The position numbers were made by a program, and so were the translations under genes. 64,000 bases of DNA, taken from assembly GCA_053919585.1 (NCBI GenBank), contig CM132790.1. One strand, given 5' to 3'. Below, one piece after another: positions 53,901-64,000 of this stretch; position 1 is the first letter of the stretch, and every line of letters starts with the position of its first letter. This DNA is from Euprymna scolopes (lineage: Eukaryota). The notes under the pieces were generated by a model. It worked only from the letters and a program-made list of their open reading frames with translations, made no database searches and was not told the DNA's origin.

Positions 53901-54688
53901 AAGTGGGTAATGTCATCATCTTTTGTTAAATTAGCTTCTTGCACTAGGTCTGTGTGGCACCTTTTTTTGAAATCTTCCCAGTTGGCCTTATGCAAGTTCC
54001 ATCGGGGTGTTTTAGTGTCATTCTCTGGTTCTTGACCTTCTAGGATGATTGGGAAGTGATCACTCCCACAGGTCTCATGATGTACATTCCATTTATATTC
54101 TGGGAAAATACTGGGTTCTGATATAGTGAGGTCAATAGCCGAGAGTGTTCCAGAGCTAGGGTGAAGATAGGTGTTGGTTCCGTTATTAAACAAACATAGT
54201 TGGTTTTCATCTAGAAAATTTTCGATAATTTTACCTCTTCTGCTTGTTTGTTTATTTCCCCATAGTTCATTGTGGCTATTAAAGTCACCCATGAGGATAA
54301 AAGGTTTAGGGAGTTGTTGGATCAATAAGTTCAAGTCTGTTTTATTTATGTTTTCATTAGGTGGCAGGTATAGGGAGCAAATTGTTAGCGGTTTTCTTAG
54401 ACTGATGGTTACTGCAACGGCTTGTAGTGTTGTATTCAGTTTGATTTCGCTTTGAATTATATTATTATTAATTAGAATGGACACTCCTCCGGAGGCTCTA
54501 TTTCCTTGTTCGTGTATATAATCATAGGTTGTATATCGTTTGATATGTAGTGTGTTCTGAATTTTCTTATAAGTTTCTTGTAGGCATATGACTGCTGGGT
54601 GAAAAGAGGCAATGAGAAGGTTCAATTCGTCGAAATTTGCCTTTTCACCTCTAATGTTCCATTGAAGGAATACTGGTTTATAGGTCAT
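50975..54688 (-). CDS. LINE ORF2: AP endonuclease, reverse transcriptase, RNase H, C-terminal CCHC
   Basis: QWNIRG, LQET, GDFNSH, SDHFPI; PQGG, YVDD; YTDG..SAE..FSDS..WIPSH..KAD; CLPC..HFLINC. Confidence 0.97.
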   Translation of the reverse strand: MTYKPVFLQWNIRGEKANFDELNLLIASFHPAVICLQETYKKIQNTLHIKRYTTYDYIHEQGNRASGGVSILINNNIIQSEIKLNTTLQAVAVTISLRKPLTICSLYLPPNENINKTDLNLLIQQLPKPFILMGDFNSHNELWGNKQTSRRGKIIENFLDENQLCLFNNGTNTYLHPSSGTLSAIDLTISEPSIFPEYKWNVHHETCGSDHFPIILEGQEPENDTKTPRWNLHKANWEDFKKRCHTDLVQEANLTKDDDITHFTNTLNIIAEKTIPKSSPSTRYNKPWYNKDCKEALRARRTALRKFNSQPTKENLENYKINRAKARRTIKQAKQSTWQTYVSQLNSNTKPKEIWNMINKITGKYTKQANKHLIHHNVKITNKEKIAEILAENFAKNSSPTNRNKEFQVIKNQAEQQQIRFHSDNTEYYNQILTMYELEESLKNIHNSTAGPDEIPYIFLKELPMKSKEYLLKIFNDIWINEKFPDTWRHAIIIPIPKPSKDPSDPINYRPIALTSCICKTLERMINRRLSWYLERNHLISEHQAGFQKGRSPIDHIINLETYIREAFILKEHVVTVFFDIEKAFDTTWKYGILKDLNELGLRGRMPTFIKNYLSDRTFQVRLGNILSKSQKQELGVPQGGILSVTLFNVKINNIVNNINFGTNYAIYVDDLMISFKAKHMNTIKRHLQLCINKITSWATKNGFSFSQTKTKCVHFCQHRKMHPDPELKINNNRLTVTDQYKYLGITFDKKLTFIPHIKYLRKKCNQRMQLVRTIAHTNWGADCKTILKLYQTLIRSKLDYGCFIYGATRKSYIKELNTIHHQGLRLALGAFPTTPVESLYAEANEPTLEMRRTKLALQYYTKLASNTLSPIYQSVSHPKHQILFQKKEKAIKPYGLRMKEIKDKAKINISQIHKASTLKHPPWLSKTAVNPPEHPKHSPILLDLSKHPKSNIIKSIYMEKIHDILHDYPDYEHIYTDGAKTKEKVESSAIYRQRKIQKRLPDRSSIFSAEASAINLALNIISADQANKFIIFSDSLSVLTSLKEKNICNPLITNLLNKLDSLHTQKQIILCWIPSHIGILGNTKADLAAKESLNLEISNIKIPYTDFKPTINQYIKTKWQQQWNTYTKNKLQEIKPTLGEWNPKSKLNRREEVIITRLRTGHTNITHSFLLKGENLPQCLPCQENYTVKHFLINCIDLAPLRQKHYSINNIKDLFEKINEKTILNYLKEVNLSSKV

Positions 54689-54797
54689 TGGTGGTAAGGT
54701 AATGATCCTCTGTGCTGTGTTTTTTTTTTTTTTTTTCTTTTAGTTGATTATTGGTGTTGATATAAGGTATGGATTTAGTGTAAGTTGTGGAGGGTTT

Positions 54798-56282
54798 TCA
54801 ATTAGCTTTGTTTTTTCCTTCTGTTTTTGGCTTGTCTTCTGTTTGGTCTTTTGTTTCGGGTTTTTTGTTTGGGGATCTGGAACTAGAATTAGCATGGGAT
54901 CTTATGTCCGTTTTGCTTTGGTTTTTCTTTTGTTTTGACGTTGATCGATGGGAGATTTCTTGATTTAAGGTTTCTGTTTGTTGGTTTGGGTATTCTGTTT
55001 CCATTTCATCTTCAGGTTCAGTTTGATTTTTAGGGATTGGGGTTCTAGTTCTGGAGTTTGAACGGGACCTTATAACTGTTTTGTTTAGGTTTTTCTTTTG
55101 TTTTGGTGGCGTTCGATAGGAAATTTCTTGTTTTGGGGTTTCTGTTTGATATTCAGTCTCCATTTCATCAGTTTCTATTAAATTTTTGGTGAGGATTTCT
55201 ATTTTTTGTTTTGCTGGTTTATTATTTAGTTTTAAGAAAGTTAGTTCTTGGGGATATTGGCTTTTAAGAGGGGAGGTTTGGGTTTGGGAGGAGTTAAATA
55301 CTTTATTGGGTTCTTTCCTAGTTTCTAGTTTTAATTTTTCTAGTTTTTGAAAGTGTTGTATTTTTAGGTTTTTTTGGAAGTTAAGCAATTCGTTTGGTTC
55401 TAGATGTACCAGTTTTTCAATTAGTTGGTCGTATTTATCAGGCTGGTTGGTGGGATTTGTTTTTTCTGTTATTTTCGCATATGTTTTATTTCTTATGACT
55501 CCTTCCACTATTGTCTTCGCTTCTAAGTAAGAAATGTTTCGTTTATGCTTTGTGGCTAAGATTTCTTTTTCAGTTTTCCATCGTTCACAGCTTTTTGAGT
55601 AGGCAGGGTGCTCCCCTTGGCAGTTTATACATTTGGACTCGTGACATTCTTGTTCATTGTGACTTATTTCTTTAGAGCCACATTTAGCGCACGTGGGATG
55701 ACCTCTGCAGGCATCTCTATGGTGACCGAATTTTTGACAGTTGAAACATCTCAGAGGATCTGGGATGTATATTTCAACTGGTTCCATGGTGTAACCAATT
55801 TTAATTTTAGGTGGAATTTTTGGAGTGTTAAATGTAATAATGTAAGTATGGGTTGGTATTTTTTCTGAGTTTTTCTTTATATAGATTCTTTTAGAGTCAA
55901 TGACTCCTTGTTTGCTCATTTCGTTTTGGATTTCTTCAGGTGAAGCCAGTGATAGTTCCCGGCTACGGATAACTCCTTTGGATTGATTTAGTTTATTGTG
56001 TGGGGTAACTTTAATGTTGATATTATGGAAAGTTTTCATATTTTCTAAATTTAGGCTTTGGCTTTTTGTCTCAATTTCTATTAATAGGTTACCATCTTTA
56101 GTTTTTTTTACCATTTTAGGATTTATTTTCCTTGTTAACACCTTTTCAATGAGAAAAGGGGATAATTTTGACATTGGCGTTTCGTCCAAAGATTCTAATA
56201 CATAGAATTTAGGAAAATCCGTATTTTCCTCATCATCTGAGTCCGATAAGGCGCGTTTGGGTTTTTTTTTTTGTTTTGACAT
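54798..56282 (-). CDS. LINE ORF1 gag-like nucleic-acid binding protein
   Basis: Zinc knuckles CFNCQKFGHHRDAC, CAKCGSKEISH..C, CINCQGEH..C; first ATG at 56282. Confidence 0.93.
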   Translation of the reverse strand: MSKQKKKPKRALSDSDDEENTDFPKFYVLESLDETPMSKLSPFLIEKVLTRKINPKMVKKTKDGNLLIEIETKSQSLNLENMKTFHNINIKVTPHNKLNQSKGVIRSRELSLASPEEIQNEMSKQGVIDSKRIYIKKNSEKIPTHTYIITFNTPKIPPKIKIGYTMEPVEIYIPDPLRCFNCQKFGHHRDACRGHPTCAKCGSKEISHNEQECHESKCINCQGEHPAYSKSCERWKTEKEILATKHKRNISYLEAKTIVEGVIRNKTYAKITEKTNPTNQPDKYDQLIEKLVHLEPNELLNFQKNLKIQHFQKLEKLKLETRKEPNKVFNSSQTQTSPLKSQYPQELTFLKLNNKPAKQKIEILTKNLIETDEMETEYQTETPKQEISYRTPPKQKKNLNKTVIRSRSNSRTRTPIPKNQTEPEDEMETEYPNQQTETLNQEISHRSTSKQKKNQSKTDIRSHANSSSRSPNKKPETKDQTEDKPKTEGKNKAN

Positions 56283-58413
56283 AAATATGGATAAAAGTTT
56301 CTTTGCCTGTGTTCCCCACCCACCTCGGAGCCCAATATTGGGACTTGTCAAGGGGGAAACCCGTTCGCCTTGACAGAGTCAGGGCTACACAGGCAGTATA
56401 CTCAGTCAAGTAAGAAATACCGAGCATCTGTCGTTACTCAATTTTTCACTACCCAAATCTAGAGTGAACAAAATTTTGTGATTGCAGCCATGTCGGGATT
56501 GGATTCTACACTTGCTGATTGACCCTTGGCCAGCGCTTTCGAACGTCTACTTTAGGGGTGAGGTTTATCAGTTTCTATGGTTTTGTTTAAGAGGATTTCT
56601 TTTGCTAATTTTAAATTTCTCAGTTTAGTCTGAACCATTGATAGTAGACGTAGGGCTTGACCTGACCAGCCGATTGATCGGATCGGGCCCCTCCGACCGC
56701 CCGTCTAACCGAGGTAAGGGCCAAAGAGATGTGTTAGGAAGAGGAGGCTCATGAACTCGTCCTCCAGGACCTTCACTACATATATGAGTTGGATACATTC
56801 AAGGATAAACTATTGCTGAGGATGTGTTGTTCAATGGGGAAAGTACAAGATTATATCACAATCTAGTGAGAAATGATCTCTTCAGCTCTTTATATAACAA
56901 CCTTGCTACCCCGCTTAACAAGTCACTGACCTCAAACGTTGTGTGCCGTGGCTTTGTTCTCCATCGGTCATCATTTTTGTTCTGGTCGTTTGTCATCATC
57001 TTTTTCACACTGGCGACTGTCGATAGGGACACACGGATTCACAAGTATAAAAATAAAATAAACAAGAAAAACAGACTCTGATGCTTCATATATATATATC
57101 GGTTGAACTCTTGATGTGTGTTTCTATATGTTATGATTCACATCTATGTCCTGTCGAGGCTTTGTTCTGTTGCTGTCAGTTCATTCTACAATCTCCCAAA
57201 GCTTTTCCGACCTGGTTCAAGCCACGATCTGTCTTCAACTATAGTCAAAGTCCAACTGTTCAAGTGCCAAACACAATTCTCAACTCTTATTACTGTAAAA
57301 AATCCGACTCACGCTGTTGTCGGTCAATCCGATTGTAAGCTGAACTTTGTCGTCCACAAATTGTTTCTCTTGTTAAAAACTTGTCGGCTGTTGCACCTTG
57401 AATTTAGATCTATCCTTACCTGTCTATGTTAAGAACAAATTTTTGTGCATTGTCTGTTGATAAATCTATTTCCTTAGCAACTGCAGGTCGACTATAGTAT
57501 CACATTTAGAACCCCTTTTATTATTTCTATAGATGTGCTCAACTGAACTTCCTGGTTTCTACTTGTGAGACATTTTGACTAGGAACAGGTGTAATATCTG
57601 TTTAGATAATTTTTTTTTCTGCTCTCCAGTTAGTAAAAGAGAAATTCTGGCTGAGGCAATTAAAAATTTTTTCTCCCAATTTAGAATGCCTCTATTTTTC
57701 AGTGGGAGCTGGATTTTCCCAATATTAAAAATGAATTTTGTATCCTTATGGGGAGGCAAGTAAATCGGAGTATTCATTTTACTACCACAATTATAAAGGA
57801 CTTTGCTTTCTTTCTCCGTGTGCCTAACATCAATTTTCATGATTTGGTCCAGGAACCTATTTTTTGGAACACATTGCCATGGAACTGCTTCCCTTCAAAT
57901 CCTATGTAAACAAACACTTGTCATAAATAGTCTTCATAATGCTTTTCATTTTGATTAAGCGGCGATTTATTACCACAAAAAAAAAAGAAAAAAAAAAGGG
58001 GGCTCGTACAGTTTCATGAATTTTTGAACAAATACATTTCAAGTAAAAATACTAGTACATACATGTCATGTTGAAATTAGCATAAGTTCCAAAAATTATG
58101 AAAAATGATCCAGTAGAAAAATAATTACAAATAAAAATAGAATTTATTGAATTATCGAGTTTCATTATGTTTTATTATGGAAGAGTTGTTTGACCATGTC
58201 TGTATGTGAAACCAACTTACCTCCTTTGCTTTCCTTGAAATCTGGCATTGAAAATATAGAAAATGTCCACCGGCTAGTGCCTATGATTTTTTTTCTCTAA
58301 AAATAGATCTAACACATCTTTTATTGGATTTTTCGTAATTCTTTAAATTTATACTATTTTCAACATGACATGTAAGTACGTAATATTGTCTTGACTTGAA
58401 ATACATCCGTTCA

Positions 58414-58764
<351 letters not shown>

Positions 58765-58884
58765 TTAAAGTTGAGATACGGTGATCTTGCATCTCCTCTT
58801 GAAAAAGAAAAGGACGAACAAGGAAAGAAAAGGATGAAGAAAGCTTAGGCAAGCTTGTTCTACCGCATGCCTGTCTTTGTTTTA

Positions 58885-59288
58885 TTGTTATTTTCATGAC
58901 AAGTGCTCACCTGAGCTTCAATCTCTGGTCTCCCCTCGCCAATCTTTCACGAAAAACACCCGTGTAGCTGAAACCACTGTCAATAATTTTCCTCACTTTA
59001 TCTGTGCCTAAATAAAAAACGTAGATTCCATGAACAAAGCTTCTTTCTTAGAACTGCACGCCTGTGGAACTACCGTTTGCATGTTTCCAAGCTGACTACA
59101 ACTTGGTTATGTTCAAGTCCAACATAAACAAATTCTTGATGAACTGCCCCCTTAAGTAATTCAATTTACCAAATTTCCATTACTAACGATTACTACAATA
59201 TTATCCCATTGATTATAGTACACTCAATAACCTTTATCGCCGAGTGGCCTTCAGGCCTTGATAAGTGGTGACTCCTACATAAAAAAAT
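58885..59288 (+). mobile_element. CR1 family A 3' fragment
   Basis: Similarity to the family A 3' end; short A-tail. Confidence 0.88.
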
Positions 59289-59289
59289 C

Positions 59290-59607
59290 CTAACTGTAAT
59301 CTCTGAATGTATATATAATGCATTGGATAAAGCAGGGAAAGCTAGGGCAGTAACATTAGCAATATCTAAGGCCTTTGACAGGGTATGGCACGACGGTCTT
59401 TTCATGAAAATAAGAACCTATGGTATTACTGGATAAATACTTAATTAAATCCTTCTTAAATAAGGGAAGAATCCAGGTTATCCTCGATAGTCATATGTCA
59501 AAACAAAAGGATATAAATGTGGGTGTATCTCAGGGGTTAATCTTGGGCTTTTATTATTCCTGATATTCATAAATTACCTGCCTGATAAAAGTGTCTGAGA
59601 TTGGTAT
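59290..59607 (+). mobile_element. CR1 family B RT fragment, interrupted; continues at 63557-63650
   Basis: KAFDRVWH..GVSQG..LPDK; resumes as GIFADDN at ~63558. Confidence 0.75.
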
Positions 59608-62600
59608 TTTTTTTTTTTTTTTTTTTACAAAGGCATCACCACATTATCAAGGCCCAGAGGCCACTCAAGGATAAGGGTTAAAGAGTGTACAGTAGAAATT
59701 GGTCAATATAGTAATCATTAGTAATGAAAATTTGGTAAATTTAATAACTTATATGGAACGGCTCATCAAGAACTTATTTACTTTAGACTTGAACACAACC
59801 ATATTGTAGTCAGCCGGAAAGCAGGAAAACGGAAGACAATTCCACAGGCGTGCAGTTCTAAGAAAGAAGCTTTGTTCATGGAATCTACGTTTAGGTTTAG
59901 GCACAGATAAAGAGTGGGGGAAATTATTGATAGTGTTTACAGCTAGACGAGTGTTTCTTGTGAAAGTTTGGCGAGGGGGGACCATAGATTGAAGCTCAGT
60001 TGAACACTTTCCATGAAAATAACGATACATCAGAGACAAATTCGCAACATCTCTTCTGTGAGATAGAGGTTGCAAGGAGGAGAAAAGGACATCTCCTACG
60101 AGGCTACGAAGTCTATTTTGAACTCTATCGAGGCATGACAAGTCCTTTCTAGCAGTTCCTGCCCAGATGTGGCAACAGTATTCCATCCTTGGACGTACCT
60201 GGCTCTTATATAGATAGAGAATAGCATCAGCAGTGAGATATCTACTGGATCGATAGAAAGATCCCACCATTTTTCCAGTGGCCTTGGCAACAGATTTGAT
60301 ATACGTGTTCCATTTAAGATCAGGAGTAATGGTCAAGCCCAGAAGCTTGTCAAAACTTGAGGCCTCCTGAAGACGAGAGCCATGTGAATTAGAATGTTGA
60401 TGATGTAAAGAGAGAAGCTTGGTTTTAGATGCATTAAAAGTAACCAGCCACTCCTTTCCCCATTGTACTACGTGCTCAAGATCAGAGGAGAGAGAATTGG
60501 AGAGAACTTGGTCGTTTAATGTCTTAGATGTGGTACCATAAATGGTAGTGTCGTTAGCATAAATGTCTACAAATGATGTAAGGATATGATTTGGAAGATC
60601 ATTAATGTAGATCAGGAAAAGAGTTGGGCCCAGGATGGATCCCTGAGGGACACCGGCATTAATACTGTGAGATTCTGATTTTTGCCCCTCAACTACTACT
60701 CTTATGAACCTATCAGAAAGAAATGATTTAATAATTGAGAAGACTTTTCCAGCTATACCATAGCTAGCGATCTTATGAAGTAAACCTTTATGCCATACCC
60801 TATCAAAGGCTTTAGATATGTCAAGAGCAATTGCCCTAGAAAGATTGCCACCGTCGAGAGATTTGCTTATCCTATGCGATATAACTGTAAGGACATCTGC
60901 TGTAGATCTAGCAGAACGGAAACCATATTGAGTGTCACTAAGAAGGTTATTTTTGTTGAGATATTTGATTACTTCTGTATTTAACACAGATTCTAGCAAC
61001 TTACTCATGACGCACAGGAGACTTATTGGCCTGTACTGAGAGGGGGATGAGCGATCACCTGAATTCTTAAATACAGGGCATACTGATGAGATTTTCCAGG
61101 GAGATGGGAAACTATTCTCCTTAAGACAACGTTTAAACAGTTTTGTAAGTATGGGCGCTAATTCAGGTAGAAGTTTTTTGAGTACTATAATTGGAATACC
61201 ATCAGAGCCAGTTGCTTTACTCGAATCAAGGTTTTTGATTAGCTTCGCAACATCACGTACAGATATACGTATATCACATAGCGTGTTTTCTGATACAGGA
61301 GGAAATATTGGGGGTTGGCGGTCTTGGTCGCAAAGGGTAGAATTAGCTGCAAAGATCTTGACAAAGAGTTTGGCTTTGTCTGATGCTGACGAGATTACCT
61401 CAGGTCCATTGATAATAGTTGGGATGGAGCACACGCTTCTGTTCAGGATTCTGTTTGCTATTTGCCAAAACTGGTGGGAACCAAGCCGCTGCTCAGCTAC
61501 TTTGGACTTAACAGATTGAGCATACAACACTCTTGCGTCCCTTATTACTTTCTTACAATAGTTGCTGGCAGTCCTGAAAACGGCTTTAGTTTCCATACAT
61601 CTATTACGTTTGAAGCAGTGGAAAAAGTGATTTCTGTGCGCAATGGCAGCAGCACATTCTGGAGAGAACCATGGCTGGCTGTTAGGTTTTTGCTGAAACT
61701 TTTTAGAGGGTATGAAATGGTCAATACCTACAATTAACCATTCAGTTAGGTCTAATACTATAGAGGACACATCCTTTTTAAACATGGAATGCAGAGGTAG
61801 ATCAGATATAAATGTACGGAAGCTATCCCAGTCAGCCTTAGTGTATCGATATACTGTACGATGAAGAGGTACGTCTGGGGACTTATTACATTTCATCTTT
61901 ATCTTAATTGATACAACAGAGTGGTCGGAAGATCCAAGAGGCGACAGAACAGAAACTGAACATAGTTCAGGGCAAGTTGTGAGAAAAAGGTCTAGTAGGC
62001 TCGCATACTGGCCGTCATTATCGGGCACACGGGTAGGTTCCTGAACAATCTGAGTGAGGTCATAGGCAATGGAGAAATCATGACAGAACCTCCCCTCATC
62101 ATCGGTCTTGTTTGAGTGGGTCAACCATTCGACGTTGTGAACATTGAAGTCTCCACATACGTGAATGTTAGCTGAAGGATAAGTAGAAAGGACTTGGTCA
62201 ATTTTCTCAGATATGCTTTGAAAGATAGTAACTCCGCTGTTGTGGGGGCGATAGAGAGTAAATATAAATGCAGTAGTGTGAGCTAAAGCAACCCGGAAGC
62301 ACATATAGGGTAAGTTAGGATCTTCCCTGGAGATGTCCATCCCACATGGAAAGCTATCTTTAATATAGGCACATATTCCATGCCCATGGCGATCTTGGGG
62401 GTCAGATTTAGAAGTTAAGTTAGAGTATCCTGAAATTGCAAACTCATCTAGGGAAATAGCCTGTCCAATGCCAGTTTCACTTAAAAATAAAAGGTCTGGT
62501 TTAGTCTCTTGTAATTGGGTTTCAACCTCTGGAAGGTTAGAACGAAGACCCCTGATGTTGGAGAATGAGACATGGTAGTAGGGGTCTACGTTGGAAGTTG

Positions 62601-63556
62601 GAGAACCGGGTTTAATCGTGTATTTTTTCTTGAAACTTGTCATGATGAAATTTTGGAATTTGTGGACTAGGTCGACAGATTTACTTAGAGCAGGACAGAG
62701 AGGGGAAATTAAGAGAGAAAAAGAAACGAAGAATTTTTTTTTTTATTTGTAGCTAATGATAAGGTAAAGCCGTAACTAGTATGGCATCGAGAGGCCCCAC
62801 CAGAAGCTACTGCATGGTCCAGAATCCATTCACCAAATGGCAATACAGCAGCCCCAGTACTTTGCACCTGCTGATAGGACAGCCTCCTTAGTGGTTAATC
62901 CAAGGTTCGGGTCCCTGACTATCAGGTGGATAACGTCAGCCCAGACAAAACGTTTACCTCCAGCACCCTTACTAGTGACATGGCTACAAGGATAGACATA
63001 GAAACAGAAAATTTCCGCCATCTCAGCCAACTGTTCGCAGAAATACTGCCAACCTAGAAAACAGCTTTTTCTTCTCCCTTTGTCCGAAAAATCACTCATT
63101 TAAAAAATGAGGACTGAGGGACAAATAAGAAGAAGCGAGAGTAACAGGAGCTGCCGATAACGCATCCACAATGCGTTTTCTACTCTCCATTAAAAAAAAA
63201 AACAAAAAACAAAAAAACTATTGAGTATTGTACTTAATAAAAGTCCAACAGACGTGTTTAAGGGAAAGTATGGTGATAGATTCCCCTCACACGAACTAAA
63301 AATGAGTATAATTCGTAATTTTTGCTATCAACTCGGTAGATAAATAAACATATGTACGATGAAAAAAAAAAAAAAAAGCTAGCATTTAATAAAACAGAAA
63401 TACACAAATTAAATACTGAAATAAAATGGAGTTGTTAATATTTTAAATCTAAAATAAAAAGCATGATTGAAATCACTTATCTCAACAAAAACAATTCCGT
63501 CTCCAAATTGCAAACTGTATTGAAAGAAATTCAGTTAGTAGCGTTCAAAACATATA
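59608..63556 (-). mobile_element. Near full-length single-ORF CR1 (Zenon-like) LINE insertion
   Basis: Poly(A) tail, single 964-aa ORF, no ORF1 upstream, putative TSD TGGTAT (59602-59607, 63557-63562). Confidence 0.85.
59749..62643 (-). CDS. AP endonuclease / reverse transcriptase of a CR1-Zenon-like LINE (catalytic YADD changed to YAND)
   Basis: SNIRG, LSET, GDFNVH, SDH; KAFD, GVPQGS, YANDTT. Confidence 0.93.
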   Translation of the reverse strand: MTSFKKKYTIKPGSPTSNVDPYYHVSFSNIRGLRSNLPEVETQLQETKPDLLFLSETGIGQAISLDEFAISGYSNLTSKSDPQDRHGHGICAYIKDSFPCGMDISREDPNLPYMCFRVALAHTTAFIFTLYRPHNSGVTIFQSISEKIDQVLSTYPSANIHVCGDFNVHNVEWLTHSNKTDDEGRFCHDFSIAYDLTQIVQEPTRVPDNDGQYASLLDLFLTTCPELCSVSVLSPLGSSDHSVVSIKIKMKCNKSPDVPLHRTVYRYTKADWDSFRTFISDLPLHSMFKKDVSSIVLDLTEWLIVGIDHFIPSKKFQQKPNSQPWFSPECAAAIAHRNHFFHCFKRNRCMETKAVFRTASNYCKKVIRDARVLYAQSVKSKVAEQRLGSHQFWQIANRILNRSVCSIPTIINGPEVISSASDKAKLFVKIFAANSTLCDQDRQPPIFPPVSENTLCDIRISVRDVAKLIKNLDSSKATGSDGIPIIVLKKLLPELAPILTKLFKRCLKENSFPSPWKISSVCPVFKNSGDRSSPSQYRPISLLCVMSKLLESVLNTEVIKYLNKNNLLSDTQYGFRSARSTADVLTVISHRISKSLDGGNLSRAIALDISKAFDRVWHKGLLHKIASYGIAGKVFSIIKSFLSDRFIRVVVEGQKSESHSINAGVPQGSILGPTLFLIYINDLPNHILTSFVDIYANDTTIYGTTSKTLNDQVLSNSLSSDLEHVVQWGKEWLVTFNASKTKLLSLHHQHSNSHGSRLQEASSFDKLLGLTITPDLKWNTYIKSVAKATGKMVGSFYRSSRYLTADAILYLYKSQVRPRMEYCCHIWAGTARKDLSCLDRVQNRLRSLVGDVLFSSLQPLSHRRDVANLSLMYRYFHGKCSTELQSMVPPRQTFTRNTRLAVNTINNFPHSLSVPKPKRRFHEQSFFLRTARLWNCLPFSCFPADYNMVVFKSKVNKFLMSRSI

Positions 63557-64000
63557 TGGTATATTTGCTGACGATAACACGCTTTACAACAGACAAAACT
63601 GGAAAATGAATGAACATGTTTCCAAAGCCATGGTGGAAACTCTAGTAACCTGCACTTAGTAACGCGTTTTTCTGTGACGTTGCCTTGACATATGCTGAAA
63701 ACAAAATATTTTCAAAAACTTTCCGAAAAAAAGTTTTCATTTGTTGATATATTTTCAAAAGAAAGAAGCATTCTGACAGAAAATTTTACAAAAAAATTGT
63801 TTCTAAAAATTCCAAAATTTCTTTTACCCCCCCCCCCCCAAAAAAAACAAACAAAAACAGCATGTTCTCATTAGACATTATTAAAAAATAAATATTTATT
63901 GTACATTTCAGGTTTGTAAATTATTAGACTAGCATAAAACCATAGAAAGTTATCTTTTAGGGGTAAAACACATTAGACCCAGAGATTTAAATAAAATGAT

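Larger units (their letters stand above)
50760..56775 (-). mobile_element. Full-length intact I-group (Nimb-like) non-LTR retrotransposon
   Basis: 11-bp TSD CTACATATATG (50749-50759, 56776-56786); (AAAC)n 3' tail; two intact ORFs. Confidence 0.95.

Noticed and set aside
56640-56775. HDV-like ribozyme at the 5' end of the I-group LINE (GCCTCCTC motif)
   Set aside because: Could not build a consistent P1/P3/P1.1; only generic hairpins.

Overview
AT-rich, repeat-dense metazoan (invertebrate-like) genomic window with no prokaryotic features. It holds the 3' ends of two convergent spliceosomal helicase genes. SNRNP200/Brr2 contributes its last 3 coding exons on + (794-6292), including a GC-AG intron. 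DHX15/Prp43 contributes its last 6 coding exons on - (58725-21570). Introns and the ~15 kb between the stop codons are filled with TEs: an intact full-length I-group (Nimb-like) LINE with RNase H and an 11-bp TSD; a near-intact single-ORF CR1 (Zenon-like) LINE plus many truncated copies of two CR1 families; an RTE relic; a Gypsy relic; a complete but dead hAT transposon with TIRs and an 8-bp TSD; Tc1/mariner derivatives; non-autonomous Helitrons; a 5S-rRNA-derived SINE family; and many fold-back MITEs. The best candidate for something undescribed is a set of unproductive-splicing elements inside DHX15. The strongest is a GC-rich dual-acceptor module whose upstream acceptor introduces a stop codon and which has a hairpin between branch point and canonical AG. 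A second is a UG-repeat-flanked cryptic exon. Together they could form a splicing-fidelity feedback loop, but this is inference and needs RNA data. All protein and RNA family assignments are from recalled sequences, not database searches.
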